The notes beneath the pieces were generated by a model. The model made no database searches. It saw only the letters and a program-made list of their open reading frames with translations, and had not been told where the DNA came from. From Nitrosopumilus maritimus SCM1 (GTDB lineage: Archaea; Thermoproteota; Nitrososphaeria; Nitrososphaerales; Nitrosopumilaceae), in the NCBI RefSeq assembly GCF_000018465.1, contig NC_010085.1, forward strand, positions 1,590,001 through 1,622,000: 32,000 nt of DNA. Direction: 5' to 3'. The translations under genes were made by a program, and so were the position numbers. Positions 30,969 through 32,000 of the stretch are shown one piece after another; position 1 is the stretch's first letter, and every line of letters starts with the position of its first letter.

Positions 30969-32000
30969 ATGATTTTAGGAATTATTGGGATTGTTATAGG
31001 ATATAGAAAATTTTCATCTTGGATAGGTTCTAAAAAGATCTATTATCAAAGACCACATTTTTCTAGATTTTTAAGAAGAGCTGTTCTGCCAGTTTTTGCA
31101 ATTGCGTTAATTACAGCTATTAATATTCATGTACAAACTGGTGTACTGTTAGGAGAAGATTTTTCACTTGGGGTTGATGAAGGAGTTTCTCCACAAGAAA
31201 TTTTTGCAAAAATTCTCAATACATTCAATATTTTGGTAATAGGCTATACAATTTCACATCTTGTTCCTATAGCTCTTACAAAATATGACAAATCTGGTTT
31301 AGAGAAAGAAGATTTTGATGCATGGTTTGAGATGAGAGGATTTATCGATGATAAAGATGGCTTGTTTCATAAACTCTACAAATGGCTTCCACCAAAAATG
31401 ACTCCCGAAGACTTGACAGATGAAGAATTCAATGAAATGCTAAAATCAAAAGAAGGAATGAAAAAACTAGAAGAGTTTAGGACTGCGAAAGGAAATCCTA
31501 TTGGTGGATATGAAAAGTTAGTTGACAATCCATTTGAAGAATGGAAAAAATCAGAGAGAGGTAAATATCAGAAATATTACCAAAATTGTGTCACTGGAAA
31601 TAATCAATCTGGAAGAAAATTAAGACCGGGAGCAAAACCGGATGAGATATTTCCTATTGATATTTGGAGAGAAGAAAAAAGAACACACGGATATGAACCA
31701 ATTATTCCAAGTAATCGTCCTCCAGGATATGCAAAGAAGAAAAGAGAAGGAATTCCAAGATCAGCAAAACAAATTCTGCCAATTGGAATTTTTATTGCAA
31801 CAATTTTAGGAGTTGTTGCTTGGTGGGGTGTTGATTTAATTGTATTAGCTACTGCAACAGGTGGATTAGCAATTGGTTTAGGTTTAGCATTGCAAGAGAC
31901 AATGCAGAACTATTTTGCTTATATTTTGATTAGAAAAGACAAGATTTTCGTTGAGGGTGAACGAGTACAACTAGATACAGGGTATAATGGGTATGTACAC
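30969..32000 (+). CDS. MscS-family mechanosensitive channel, 5' part (continues past the window end)
   Basis: The frame is open from 30864 to 32000. The end reads GGLAIGLGLALQETMQNYFAYILIRKDKIFVEGERVQL, the MscS pore-helix/beta-domain junction motif. The first canonical start is ATG 30969, but it bisects a predicted TM helix (see finding). Confidence 0.75.
   Translation, partial: MILGIIGIVIGYRKFSSWIGSKKIYYQRPHFSRFLRRAVLPVFAIALITAINIHVQTGVLLGEDFSLGVDEGVSPQEIFAKILNTFNILVIGYTISHLVPIALTKYDKSGLEKEDFDAWFEMRGFIDDKDGLFHKLYKWLPPKMTPEDLTDEEFNEMLKSKEGMKKLEEFRTAKGNPIGGYEKLVDNPFEEWKKSERGKYQKYYQNCVTGNNQSGRKLRPGAKPDEIFPIDIWREEKRTHGYEPIIPSNRPPGYAKKKREGIPRSAKQILPIGIFIATILGVVAWWGVDLIVLATATGGLAIGLGLALQETMQNYFAYILIRKDKIFVEGERVQLDTGYNGYVH

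Noticed and set aside
1-32000. Scan for CRISPR arrays, rRNA, transposases/integrases, toxin-antitoxin pairs, restriction-modification or other defence-island hallmarks
   Set aside because: No regularly spaced direct repeats, no rRNA-like GC-rich long segments, and no ORF with transposase, integrase, nuclease-helicase or methyltransferase defence motifs was recognised. The window looks like conserved core chromosome.

Overview
AT-rich (by eye about one-third G+C, not computed), densely coding archaeal chromosome segment. It most resembles a marine Nitrosopumilus-like ammonia-oxidising archaeon (Nitrososphaerota/Thaumarchaeota). The evidence for that is PCNA, TFS, RNA polymerase subunit L, an archaeal-type TyrRS, a tRNA with a non-canonical D-loop insertion, oligo-T terminators, TATA-like boxes about 25 nt before start codons, a PEF-type C-terminal sorting signal, and the cobamide genes bluB and cbiH. 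All family calls come from motifs I recognise in the translations. No database search was possible. I call about 46 CDS and 2 tRNAs. Two CDS are truncated by the window edges, and five lie below the 60-aa cutoff of the ORF track and were found by hand translation. I see no rRNA, CRISPR array, transposase, integrase or prophage; this is core chromosome, not an obvious accessory island. The observations most worth a second look are: (1) a membrane double-Cache/HAMP sensor fused to a class III adenylate-cyclase-like domain, next to an HSD-variant J-domain protein and a USP; (2) a soluble MtrA-like (corrinoid-binding type) protein translationally coupled to a DegT-family aminotransferase; (3) two tandem paralogous ~50-aa micro-ORFs missing from the ORF track; (4) a pair of perfect palindrome-containing 15-bp repeats spaced 20 bp apart upstream of a 7Fe-type ferredoxin; (5) a KamA-family radical SAM aminomutase that seems to lack the lysine-binding aspartates, sitting between glutamine synthetase and an MscS channel whose start codon is problematic. 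None of these is proven novel from sequence alone.
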